A stretch of 63,956 nucleotides of DNA, filler included, from Octopus bimaculoides (lineage: Eukaryota): the NCBI RefSeq assembly GCF_001194135.2. It is 6 parts of 6 records of this genome, joined end to end, with 100 filler letters (N's around TTAATTAATTAA, not from the genome) between each part and the next. Parts side by side here need not be neighbours in the genome. Positions count along the whole stretch, not along the records: positions 32,864 to 60,289 come from NC_068989.1; 5 more parts are not named here. One strand, given 5' to 3'. This document shows positions 38,201-51,095 of this stretch, in pieces. Position 1 is the stretch's first letter. The number at the start of each line of letters is the position of its first letter. The notes beneath the pieces were generated by a model. The model had not been told where the DNA came from. It did not search any database and worked only from the letters and a program-made list of their open reading frames with translations. The position numbers and the translations under genes were made by a program.

Positions 38201-39733
38201 TTTGAATGTGTATCAGTATATATATATAAATGATTTAATTTGTGTTCGTGGGAAGAACCATTTCAACGATGCGTACTGCCTTAATTCTTCGAAACGCCGG
38301 TGATTTAATGGTGGCAGCTAATGAAGGAGATGTTTCTATGTGGCTTGCTTGTTTGTTGTACCTTGTTTATCATTTTGTCCATGTTCTTTTGCCACATCAT
38401 GTACCCAGTTATGTATCTATGTGTACATGTAGATGAAGGTATGTACATACATGTACATATATATGCATATACTCATATATTGTTTGTATCACGACAGAAC
38501 GCACGCGTTAACCTTTATACAGTAAGTTTTAACTATTTTTCTAACGCGACTCTCTCTATCTCTATTTCTATCTCCCCCTCTCATTCTTCCCTCTACTGTT
38601 CTTCGCCTCTACCTGTCACTACTATCTCTCTTTCTATATCCCTTGTTACTCGTCCTTCGCCTCTCACCGTTACCACTACTATCTCTCTCTCTCTCTCTAT
38701 CTCTCTACCTCTCGCTGCTCACTTTTATTCTACTTCCTCCCCTTCTTTTCCCTCTGCTACTCTTTCTCTTCACACAGCCTTGGTCACGTGTGTCCGGCTG
38801 CTATTTCTTTTCGTTCTTGGAATCCCCAAGCTCGCACGTACTTCTTTGCCCCTCCTGTACGTGCTTCACAGCGTTCAATACTTACACACTTCACGTCTGG
38901 CTGTACAGCCTTTTTGCTTGTTTGTTTATTCACCGTTTCGTTTTCCTGTCTTGTTTTCCGTCCGCCACTATCCTCCACGAAAATGATTTAATTTGTGTTC
39001 GTGGGAAGAACCATTTCAACGATGCGTACTGCCTTAATTCTTCGAAACGCCGGTGTCTTAATGGTGGCAGCTGNNNNNNNNNNNNNNNNNNNNNNNNNNN
39101 NNNNNNNNNNNNNNNNNNNNNNNNNNNNNNNNNNNNNNNNNNNNNNNNNNNNNNNNNNNNNNNNNNNNNNNNNNNNNNNNNNNNNNNNNNNNNNNNNNNN
39201 NNNNNNNNNNNNNNNNNNNNNNNNNNNNNNNNNNNNNNNNNNNNNNNNNNNNNNNNNNNNNNNNNNNNNNNNNNNNNNNNNNNNNNNNNNNNNNNNNNNN
39301 NNNNNNNNNNNNNNNNNNNNNNNNNNNNNNNNNNNNNNNNNNNNNNNNNNNNNNNNNNNNNNNNNNNNNNNNNNNNNNNNNNNNNNNNNNNNNNNNNNNN
39401 NNNNNNNNNNNNNNNNNNNNNNNNNNNNNNNNNNNNNNNNNNNNNNNNNNNNNNNNNNNNNNNNNNNNNNNNNNNNNNNNNNNNNNNNNNNNNNNNNNNN
39501 NNNNNNNNNNNNNNNNNNNNNNNNNNNNNNNNNNNNNNNNNNNNNNNNNNNNNNNNNNNNNNNNNNNNNNNNNNNNNNNNNNNNNNNNNNNNNNNNNNNN
39601 NNNNNNNNNNNNNNNNNNNNNNNNNNNNNNNNNNNNNNNNNNNNNNNNNNNNNNNNNNNNNNNNNNNNNNNNNNNNNNNNNNNNNNNNNNNNNNNNNNNN
39701 NNNNNNNTATTATTATTATTATTATTACTCAAA

Positions 39734-39950
39734 GGCGGCGAGCTGGTGTAGTCATTAACACGCCGGACAAAATGCTTAGCGTTACTTCATCTGTTTTTAT
39801 GTTCTGTGTTCAAATTGCACCGAGGTCGACCTTTCTTTTCATCCTTTAGTGGGGTTGATAAAAAAAGTACCCGACGAGCACTGGGGTCGATGTAATTGAC
39901 TTACCCCTTTGTCCGAAATTGCTGGCCTTGTGCCGAAATTTGAAACCATT
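39734..39950 (+). mobile_element. CORE-SINE with tail 2 variant
   Basis: ggcggcgagctgg...gaggtcgac...gctggccttgtgccgaaatttgaaacc. Confidence 0.85.
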
Positions 39951-40002
39951 ATTTCTTTGTATTTCCCTTGGCCTTTCTAACTAGAATCAATAATCCGGAT
40001 AT

Positions 40003-40357
40003 GGCCGCAGGCATCGGCGAGAGATCAAAAAGTTCCTTCTGCCACCATGAGGTCTCAGCTTCCATCCCACTGCGTGCAATCATGTGCAATAGCGTTTATC
40101 GTGACTTCGGGTCGATACCCAAGCCGTGTGAGTGAATTTGGATAGATGGAAACTGTATAGAAGCTCGTCGGGTGGACTCTATCTGTAATTCAAAAGATGC
40201 AGTCATGTCACGCTCTGTTTCACTCTGATTCTATATGAGAATTAAGTGAGACGTAAACACTTCTCTGCGGAATACTCGGTCACTCTGAACGATAATTCAA
40301 CGAGTAGGTTGTCCAGTTCCTAGAACAAGTGTTCATGAATCGGAACCGTCGTCGTCG
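40003..40357 (+). mobile_element. Composite SINE: family C head + family B tail
   Basis: 40003-40170 aligns to the family C 5' half and 40190-40357 to the family B 3' half; both are degenerate. Confidence 0.55.
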
Positions 40358-40870
40358 TTATCATCATCCGTTATTATGATATTGATTATTCTGATCATTA
40401 AGGATATAAATTTAATTAATCAACACTTTTTAGCTGACTACATTAAGTATGCTATGCTAGAGTCTTCTTTACAGAAAGCTATTATAGCTATAAAAAAAAA
40501 ATAACAGAAAAAACACAATTATGGAGAGCCAACAAGAGAACGGCTAACAGGAAATAGCAGATAACTCTCAAAGGACATCCCAGAATTTTAGATACACTGT
40601 CTCCACGATTGGAATGCCTCGAACAGGATTGTGTTAAGGTTAAATGGAACCTCTTCGTAGTCGTTCGTTCTGCTAGAAATAAAGGCTGAATCTCACATTC
40701 AAATAATAACTAATTTTTTTTGGTGTAATCACACTTGCTTGTCGTTTTTAGATTTTAAAACCTCTTAGAGGGAATTTTCTTCAAATGTTTATTTGGATAA
40801 TATGAGTTGATCGAAGATTTACTTTTCACTATATTGTATTTGTAGTATTCTATCGTATACTCTTTACTCT

Positions 40871-41213
40871 TTTACTTCTTTCAGTCATTTGACTGTGGCC
40901 ATGCTGGAGCACCGCTTTTAGTCGAGCAAATCGACCCCAGGACTTATTCTTTGTAAGCCTAGTACTTATTCTATCGGTCTCTTTTGCCGAACCGCTAGGT
41001 TACGGGGACGTAAACACACCAGCATCGGTTGTCAAGCGATGTTGGGGGACAAACACAGACACACAAACACACGCACATGCACACACACACACACACACAC
41101 ACACACAACACNNNNNNNNNNNNNNNNNNNNNNNNNNNNNNNNNNNNNNNNNNNNNNNNNNNNNNNNNNNNNNNNNNNNNNNNNNNNNNNNNNNNNNNNN
41201 NNNNNNNNNNNNN

Positions 41214-41274
<61 letters not shown>

Positions 41275-41434
41275 CATATATACGACGGGCTTCTTTCAGT
41301 TTCCGTCTACCAAATCCACTAACAAGGCTTTGGTCGGCCCGTGGCTATAGTAGAAGACACTTGCCCAAGGTGCCACGCAGTGGAACTGAACCCATAACCA
41401 TGTGGTTGGTAAGCAAGCTACTTACCACACAGCC
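40871..41434 (-). mobile_element. SINE 'family C', full length, young, with internal (CA/TA)n and gap
   Basis: tRNA-like head ggctgtgtggtaagtagcttgc...gggttcagttcc; tail ggtgctccagcatggccacagtcaaatgactgaaag. Confidence 0.92.
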
Positions 41435-42735
41435 TCTGTATTCAGTAAGCAGAACGATCTTTTGTAATACTCTCCCTCAGTCTTAATCAACATCATTCCA
41501 TTCCGTCCATTTCTATATACTTGATCACTTCTAAGCAGAGACGTGACACAGAAAAACGAAGGTGAGGGTGAGTCGTTCTTGGGCGCTGGAGGGAAGGGAC
41601 GTAAACTTCCCTCTTGCTTATTTTAACTGGTGATTTAAAGTTAGAGACACCAAAATAATTTTGCCCCCATAAATTATGTATTTTCTACTGTACGACTATG
41701 ACTTCTTAATTTTATCAACTGCGGTTTGTATATGCTTCGCTAAGGATGTCTAATACCGTTGAAAAATGCCCATTATTTTCATAAGTTACAATTGGAGTTA
41801 TCCCACTTACTGGTTGCTTATTCGATTTTAAACAGCGTTCGATGGAGTTTTTGTTTAGAAACTACGTAGATAATTCATGAAATTTTCTTTAGCCAATCAC
41901 AGAAAGGGTTTTTTATCAATTCACTGTATTGCAGCTGTGAGGTTCTATCTTATGGATATTTAACATATAGCTCGTTCGCCTGAGGTATTTGCCCTTAACC
42001 ATATTGCTAATAACATAGTAATCAATGACTACTAAAGCCATCAATAATCATCATAGATTCCAATATTACATTGAAAAATAAATGCGTGTGTGAACAAATT
42101 TCATTGCCTTTCGTTTTCCGGTAATTGATTATTATTTTTTTGTATACCTTCACCCAATGATATGATTGGAAAAGTTGCACAAAATAATTTATAATCGAAT
42201 TACTCTTTAAACATAATAAAATACACATTTTCTTTCGTTTCATTAGCGATTATTGATTTAAAAAAAAAAATGAACTTCTTGGCTTCAGTACTTTCTAAGA
42301 TACCATAGACTGGACACCCGAACAGCCACAAAACACCGCTATTCAGTCTTCTTATCGGCGAGAAAAGGCAGAGAAATCTCCACCAAACTGCAGTGTACTT
42401 TTTAAGATAATGAAAATACATTAAACAAAGCAGTGCCTGATATACATGTAAAAATATGGCCTAACAAGGCTGGAACTAAACAGCTGTAAAAATTACTATT
42501 CCAAAAGAGATTCCATATGATAACTCGACCTGCTAAAATTAATAACTAAATTTCGCGAACATTATATATTGTTGTCTTAAAAAAGAAGAAACTGGATACT
42601 TTACTTTTGGTGGAAGTTAACTTGTCACAATAAATCGGGAGTTCCAATTTTATATCATGCCAGAGTTGAGCTAGATTTTCTTTTATCTCGGACAGATAAA
42701 ACAAGCCGCAGGAGATATATTAGCAATTTCAATTC

Positions 42736-42802
<67 letters not shown>

Positions 42803-44525
42803 NNNNNNNNNNNNNNNNNNNNNNNNNNNNNNNNNNNNNNNNNNNNNNNNNNNNNNNNNNNNNNNNNNNNNNNNNNNNNNNNNNNNNNNNNNNNNNNNNN
42901 NNNNNNNNNNNNNNNNNNNNNNNNNNNNNNNNNNNNNNNNNNNNNNNNNNNNNNNNNNNNNNNNNNNNNNNNNNNNNNNNNNNNNNNNNNNNNNNNNNNN
43001 NNNNNNNNNNNNNNNNNNNNNNNNNNNNNNNNNNNNNNNNNNNNNNNNNNNNNNNNNNNNNNNNNNNNNNNNNNNNNNNNNNNNNNNNNNNNNNNNNNNN
43101 NNNNNNNNNNNNNNNNNNNNNNNNNNNNNNNNNNNNNNNNNNNNNNNNNNNNNNNNNNNNNNNNNNNNNNNNNNNNNNNNNNNNNNNNNNNNNNNNNNNN
43201 NNNNNNNNNNNNNNNNNNNNNNNNNNNNNNNNNNNNNNNNNNNNNNNNNNNNNNNNNNNNNNNNNNNNNNNNNNNNNNNNNNNNNNNNNNNNNNNNNNNN
43301 NNNNNNNNNNNNNNNNNNNNNNNNNNNNNNNNNNNNNNNNNNNNNNNNNNNNNNNNNNNNNNNNNNNNNNNNNNNNNNNNNNNNNNNNNNNNNNNNNNNN
43401 NNNNNNNNNNNNNNNNNNNNNNNNNNNNNNNNNNNNNNNNNNNNNNNNNNNNNNNNNNNNNNNNNNNNNNNNNNNNNNNNNNNNNNNNNNNNNNNNNNNN
43501 NNNNNNNNNNNNNNNNNNNNNNNNNNNNNNNNNNNNNNNNNNNNNNNNNNNNNNNNNNNNNNNNNNNNNNNNNNNNNNNNNNNNNNNNNNNNNNNNNNNN
43601 NNNNNNNNNNNNNNNNNNNNNNNNNNNNNNNNNNNNNNNNNNNNNNNNNNNNNNNNNGTGTGTGCATGTATGTGGATCTATAAATTCATATACGTGTATG
43701 TATGTTTGTGTGCGTCTGCGTGTGTGCGTGTGTATGTTGTGAGTGTTTATGTGACGTCTTTTATGATATAAAAATGAAATAGTAAAACAATAGAACAGTT
43801 ATAACAAAACCAAGCATTATAGAATATAACAATCATTTGTTTTATCACGCTCTAAAAGTTTCTTCAGGAACGACTGACATAGAATAAAAATAATACAAAA
43901 CACAATATAAAAATAGATGAGAAAGAGAGATAGATAGAGAGAGAGAGAGAAAGAGGGAGAGGGGGAAGAGGGAAAGAGAGGGAAGGGAGAAGGATTGTTC
44001 ATAGACAAAATGGCGAACACATCACTATAGAAGATGTCAATAAACTGTCACAGAATATAAAAACAAACTACGCCAGTAAAATCGAAGATGAAAAGAGCAG
44101 TGAACGATGGGTCAATATCAAACAGTAAGATATTAATATATTACTAGAAGGTTTTGTGGAAATTCTCCGTTGTATAAATTTTCTTATTTCTATTTTCCTG
44201 TGTAGTCGAATAGAAATTTTCTAAGTACAGTTTTCATTGTGTTAAAGTCTTTTGTTTTTCTTTCTGATATTCCTTGCCAACATTTATCCTGATATTCTTT
44301 ACCACGTTTACCGCTGAACGCTCATTTCACCTAACACCGTCTCATTTTTGCCATCGACGCTCCTGATTGTAATTCACTATATATCCACCTCTATGTCTGC
44401 CTGAACTTTGTCTCTGTGCAGCCTCTGTCTCCCCAGCACTTCATCTCATGCCCCTATCTACCCATCCAACCATCTTCGATTCTCTACCCGCTTTTCTATC
44501 CTCTGTCTCTCTGTCTCTCTGTCTT

Positions 44526-44564
<39 letters not shown>

Positions 44565-44799
44565 TTCTCTCTCTGTCTCTGTCTGTCTCTCTATCTCTCT
44601 CTCTCTCGTTCTCTCTCTATGCACTCAACTTTTCATTGAGAGTACAATCTAATACCTCATCTCCACCGTATTTTGTCTCTTTCCTGCAGGGATATCTATG
44701 CATCTTATCTACAGCAAATTGCCTGTTCCCTCTTTCATATTTTGGCCTCTCTGTACCTGGAACAATACTACCTCTCTCAATACGACCCACCACTCTACG

Positions 44800-45040
44800 A
44801 AGGGATCTTGTCTTGCGAGTTACTTGGTGACGTAACTAGTGCCCTTGTCACAGAAAAAATGCGTGTACTTCACCCTGTAAAGTGGTTGGCGCTAGGAACG
44901 GCCTCCGGCCAAAGAGACTATTTTTGAAGCACACATTGGTGCTCTACCGCAGCCCTCAGGCTCGTCTGTTCATTTCAAAGCGTCTAAACCACGCCAGAAT
45001 GGAACATGGACGTTAAACGCTGCTGCTGCTGATGGTGATG
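44800..45040 (+). mobile_element. RTE-type 3' tail remnant (LINE end or RTE-dependent SINE)
   Basis: tgtaaagtggttggcgctaggaacggc...ggacgttaaac followed by (GCT/GAT)n resembles recalled RTE 3' ends. Confidence 0.55.
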
Positions 45041-45719
45041 AGGAGTGAACACCAAAAGAAATTACGAAAAACTTAAGATTCAGGTAACTTATAGTGTTAG
45101 TACCAATATAACTGAATATTAAGGCGTTGGTATATCTGAAGCTGCATTCTTAAATAGTGAGTATGGCTTCGTTGTTGTTAGATCTATTTTACAGTAATGC
45201 GAGAAAGTTCCCATCGACATCCTGCGCCGGATGGCATCCTAAGCCTGTTTGATTTTTACCTCGTCATTCTCTTGAAGAAGAGTCACAATCAGCTTCCTCG
45301 GAATGGAGGCAAAAAAGAATGTCTTTCTCTATAAGAATTCTGCATTCTAATGAAAATTACAACACCACAAGGAAAGAAACAAACCCGCCCACCGAGTGGG
45401 TATATGCAACGAAAACACGTTAAAAGACATTGCTAGAGTTAAATTCTGAAAGCGGGTATTCGTTTAACGATGAGGCCAACACTTTCTGAAATGAGTTCAC
45501 ACTAAAGAGAGCAGACAGATCCAGAGACATCTCAGAACATTTATGACACCAACCAGAACTTTCAGCATAACGACAATTTCCCATTCCAATATCATCAAAC
45601 AACACACCCCAATCTCATTTCCTCCATATTTTCTCTTAATTTATATAAATATGTATGTGATGGACTCTCCCGTCAGAGACGACGTATGAACTTTGTGCCG
45701 AACGGCTTGAAGAAATGAT

Positions 45720-45925
45720 TTGCTTTTTGTGATCAAATGTTCATGCCACCCATTAGCTCAATCACTTCATGAAATCAACGTTGTTTGAACAGGTGCAGAT
45801 TTTGCTAGGCGTCAGGTGTCGAAGTGGTCCCAGAGCAACGTGAGATGAAGTGTTTTGCTCAGAACACAATGATCCACTTGGTCTAGGAACTGAAATCACG
45901 TTCTAGCGATCGTGAGTGCAACATC
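45720..45925 (-). mobile_element. tRNA-headed SINE, further family, degenerate
   Basis: Minus strand: ctcacgatcgc...ttcagttcc...tgtgttctgagcaaaacacttcatctcacgttgctc. Confidence 0.5.
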
Positions 45926-45957
45926 ATATGTACGTGTGTGTGTGTGTGTGTGTATGA

Positions 45958-46006
<49 letters not shown>

Positions 46007-46011
46007 CATAC

Positions 46012-46042
<31 letters not shown>

Positions 46043-46789
46043 AATATATATAATGTCTGTGATCTATCTATCTATCTATCTATCTATCTATACATGTATA
46101 CTGAGTGCACTTATGTAAGACCATTGTAGATTTAGACACACACACACTCATTTACTTATACATAGACATACAGAAGTACACATATCCAATGTGTGTGTTT
46201 CTGTGTGTAAGTCAGTACATGTGTGTCTGTATTCGAGTTTGTGAGTATCCATGTGTGTGTATTTGTAATGTGTGCGTGAGCGCGTGCGTGTGCGCGCGTG
46301 GTCAGGTCACATGTGTATCTGTATGTGTCTGCTTCCTTGCCTGAAATATGTACGTACATATTTACGTATTTTACACAGGCATACACAAATACGCAAGTGA
46401 GTGTGTGTGTATGTATACGAGTGTGTGTGTGTATGTGTGTGTGTACATGAGTGTGTGTGTGTGCGTGTGTGTGTGCGTGTGTGTGTGTGCGTGTGTGTGC
46501 GCGTGCACGCGTGTGTTTGTGTGTAATAGATCTATAATTGAATTGACTTCCATAGCCAAAATCCATGCTACAAAGCTTCACAATCTTCTAATACATTCTG
46601 ACAATACAAACATAGAATGTAGTAACACAGAGAGAAGTGTCCAATCCGGAATCATCTGGTCAGAAACAAGACAATGTTATGAAATAATACCGTGATTCCT
46701 TTTATTTTTATTCAATCACCAAATCATCGATTATAATCCAATAAACGTACATTTAAGTTACTGAACGAATAACAACAGAGTATCAATGA

Positions 46790-47190
46790 AATTTTAATAT
46801 TGCAGATTACTTGTTGTCTTTTATGTTGATGAGGGTTCGTTCCTGGTAAGGCCCTGGTTTCATTTCTGGCGAGCTCTGGGATCGAAGATGTCTATTGGAC
46901 ACAATTTCGAAATCTTTACAGGTGTCTACTTGTCGTTCTGGGCACTAAAACGGCATCAACAATTTCGGTAACAACGTAAACAAAGCCAGTAAGGAAGCTT
47001 CTAGGTATCGATCCATCTTGCTACCAGTAACAGAGACGAGATCATCTGGGATTGTTACCTGTGATAAACCAACATTCTACATAGTCAGTAATAGATAGTA
47101 GGACCTTTGCAAATGTTGCTTGTCATAGACCAACACTCGACATTGTCCCCATTCAATTCGCTGTCAATAATAGGAATCAGATCATCAGGG
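46790..47190 (-). mobile_element. Possible old CR1/Jockey-group LINE 3' remnant
   Basis: Weak translation LFTLLPKLL...VDTCKD resembles LFN.LP..LR...VD.FK. Confidence 0.25.
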
Positions 47191-47196
47191 AATATT

Positions 47197-47296
47197 CTTT
47201 TCTACTCTAGGCATAAAGCCCGAAATTTTTGAGAAGTCCAGTCGATTAGATCGACCCCAGTACGCAACTGGTACTTAATTTATCGACTCCGAAAGG
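47197..47296 (-). mobile_element. 5'-truncated CORE-SINE with 16-bp TSD
   Basis: Flanked by atcatcagggaatatt (47181-47196) and atcatctgggaatatt (47297-47312). Confidence 0.85.
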
Positions 47297-47323
47297 ATCA
47301 TCTGGGAATATTACCTTAGATAA

Positions 47324-47540
47324 GGGCGGCAGGCAGGAAGAATCGTTAGTACGCCGGGCAAAATGCTCGGCATTTCGACCGTCTTTACTCATTGGGTTCC
47401 AATGCCGCCGGGGTCGACTTTGCCTTTCATCCTTTCGGTGTCGATAAAATAAGTATCAGTTGAACACTGGGGTTGACTTAATCGACTTAGTCCCTCCCCT
47501 GAAATTGCTGGCCGCGAACCAAAATTTGAAACCAATATTA
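47324..47540 (+). mobile_element. CORE-SINE with tail 2 variant
   Basis: Head, CORE and tail cctgaaattgctggcc...aaaatttgaaacc. Confidence 0.85.
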
Positions 47541-48441
47541 CTTTTAGATAAGACAACATTGTACATTGTCTCAGTTCCTTAGATGTCTGGCATAGGTACA
47601 CAATCAACTGGGAACTATCATATCAATGAATGAATTGTTATTTCATTTAGGTTAAAAACTCTATTTAACTGGAGTCAACTGTCACTCCTTGAAACATCTT
47701 CATTGCTTCGTATTATTGACATTAAGACACCCATTAATTTTTGATTGCTTGGATACTATCCCATTTTCTCGAGCTAAGTTTCTCAACATACATATACACG
47801 TAGTACATACATTCATGCAAACATTCATATTTGACAGGTAACATGCCGCTATCGAGTATGATGATATTTAGTGCTTTTTCCCTCTTTCTTCTTAAGTTGT
47901 GGTACCTCCCCGTCACAGGCCTTCACGATGATAAACATAAACCAGTGAACTCGGACCACTTCCCCTTCTAAACGCCTACAGCACTTTAACGTAGCCATCC
48001 GAGTGACCAGAGAATCGTGACTACACCTGCGTTGTGCCTTAACTGGTGAAACATTTATACATGATTGTGTTTTACTGTCACAGACACATGTAACCGACCG
48101 ATCACCACAACAAAATGCAGTTGCTTGATTAAGGTCCCAAGAAATGCTAGTCTTAAGTTGCGCTAGAAAGAATACGAAAGGAAAAGATGTGTGTAAAAAG
48201 GCTCCGCATAGTAAATATTACAAACGTTTGTGTGACATAAGCTGAATTCTCTATATGCTTGAAAACTCTTAAATTGGCAAAAAAACAAAATAACAAGCTG
48301 GCCAGAGCCTTCAAACACCACAGGTTTCTGGTAAGAATGTCCTTTTTCTCATGTGGACTTACATACTCACATATAAATAGATATGCATACATGTATACAG
48401 ACGCAGACGCGCGCGCGCGCGAGCGCACAGAGACACCCACA

Positions 48442-48500
<59 letters not shown>

Positions 48501-48696
48501 ACAAGCCAAAAATCGATAGTTGAATAAAACACACATGCAAAACATTGGCATTCTAACATGATATTCACTTTCTACAATTAGGTCAGGAAAGATGCCAAGA
48601 ACTTTATATATATATAAGCAATACACATATACATTTACATGTACACATATATATTTATATGTCAATATATATATATACATGCATGTTTATAAATAT

Positions 48697-48760
<64 letters not shown>

Positions 48761-49080
48761 GCACATATATATAAATAAATATGTGTATGTGTATATATAT
48801 GTATGTATGTATATGTGTATATATGTATATTTTTTTCGTGTTATTATACTTGTCTTATTTTCTCTGTTCACGTTCATCTATCGTTTCCACTTATTTATAC
48901 GCATCTGCTAATATTGCTAACACTGTCAAATTGAACAATATTATCGGAGGTGTCGAAATTGTGATGATATTTGGCCTATAACAGATGGGGATCGATCATA
49001 TTCGGGTTCATTGTGTGTCTTTTCCATATGCTCCGTTTTTGTGGCTTGTGTCACATTGCTATTATTATTATTATTATTAT

Positions 49081-49353
49081 TGAACTAGCGGTATCGTTAG
49101 CACGCTGGGCAAAATGATTAGCGACATTCTTGTCGTCTTTGTATTCAGAGTTCAAATTCCACCAAGGTCGACATTGCCTTTCGTACTTTCAGGGTCGATA
49201 AAATATGTACCAGATGAGTATTGGAGTCGATATAATGGACTTACGTCTTCCCTCGAAATTGCTGGTCTTGTGCCTGAATTTGAAACCATTATAAAATACT
49301 TCGTGGCATTTCGTCCGTCTTTATGTTGGAGTCCAAATTCCACTGAGGTCGAC
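49081..49353 (+). mobile_element. CORE-SINE followed by a second partial copy running into a gap
   Basis: First copy 49081-49290; the second resumes at gcatttcgtccgtc...gaggtcgac. Confidence 0.8.
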
Positions 49354-50083
49354 NNNNNNNNNNNNNNNNNNNNNNNNNNNNNNNNNNNNNNNNNNNNNNN
49401 NNNNNNNNNNNNNNNNNNNNNNNNNNNNNNNNNNNNNNNNNNNNNNNNNNNNNNNNNNNNNNNNNNNNNNNNNNNNNNNNNNNNNNNNNNNNNNNNNNNN
49501 NNNNNNNNNNNNNNNNNNNNNNNNNNNNNNNNNNNNNNNNNNNNNNNNNNNNNNNNNNNNNNNNNNNNNNNNNNNNNNNNNNNNNNNNNNNNNNNNNNNN
49601 NNNNNNNNNNNNNNNNNNNNNNNNNNNNNNNNNNNNNNNNNNNNNNNNNNNNNNNNNNNNNNNNNNNNNNNNNNNNNNNNNNNNNNNNNNNNNNNNNNNN
49701 NNNNNNNNNNNNNNNNNNNNNNNNNNNNNNNNNNNNNNNNNNNNNNNNNNNNNNNNNNNNNNNNNNNNNNNNNNNNNNNNNNNNNNNNNNNNNNNNNNNN
49801 NNNNNNNNNNNNNNNNNNNNNNNNNNNNNNNNNNNNNNNNNNNNNNNNNNNNNNNNNNNNNNNNNNNNNNNNNNNNNNNNNNNNNNNNNNNNNNNNNNNN
49901 NNNNNNNNNNNNNNNNNNNNNNNNNNNNNNNNNNNNNNNNNNNNNNNNNNNNNNNNNNNNNNNNNNNNNNNNNNNNNNNNNNNNNNNNNNNNNNNNNNNN
50001 NNNNNNNNNNNNNNNNNNNNNNNNNNNNNNNNNNNNNNNNNNNNNNNNNNNNNNNNNNNNNNNNNNNNNNNNNNNNNNNNNNN

Positions 50084-50118
<35 letters not shown>

Positions 50119-50653
50119 TAGATAGATAGATTATATATACATAATTTTCTTGCTGTTGCTTACGCTGTTGTTCAGGCCTGATGGAGCAGACCTTTGATCA
50201 AACACATTCCTGGGATAACTTCTCATCTTTTCTTTATGTGAAGGAAATTTACAATCACAGTGTCCAATGTAGATATTAACAAGAGGGTTGCGAGTGATTT
50301 GAGATCAATTCGACTAATATGTCTATCAGGTTGAACTACAGCATAGAGGCTTTCTTATGATTAGTTTTGATGCTGCTGCTGCTGTTTTTTAGCGGTAGTG
50401 TGGTGGTGTGGGTAGTGAAGGTAGTGTTGGCAGCGATGATTCGTGTTGGTTGTGGAGGTGGTATTAGTGTTTTTATGCGTGTGTTTGGGTAGGTAGTAGA
50501 TAACATTAATTTTCTGTAGAGATGACCTTAACCTTATATTATCTTAATCTTTCTATTATTGTACCTATGTGTATGTATGTGTCTGTGGGTATCTGTGTAT
50601 GTGTATGTATTGATTTATATATGCATATGTACATACGGACACATGTATACATG

Positions 50654-50715
<62 letters not shown>

Positions 50716-50760
50716 CATGCATATATACAGGTAGATACAATATATACATAGATTAATGCG

Positions 50761-50803
<43 letters not shown>

Positions 50804-50862
50804 GTGTACGTGTGTGTGTGTGTGTGTGTATGTAAGCATGTAATATAATTCGGAAGGTTCAT

Positions 50863-51095
50863 ACTGGCATACGACGACTAGCGTTCTAGTTGATCCGATC
50901 AACAGAACAGCCTGTTTGTGAAATTAACATGCAAGTGGCTGAGCACTCCACAGACACACGCAGTCTTAGCGTATTTCTCTGGGAGACTCTGTATGACAAA
51001 ATGTAACGAGGCTGGCCCTTTGAAATATATGTACTACTCATTTTGCGAGCTGTGAAATAAAGTGTCTTGCTGAAGGACAAAACGCGCCACCGATC
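50863..51095 (-). mobile_element. SINE 'family B', head-truncated
   Basis: Reverse complement matches 33865-34118. Confidence 0.85.
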
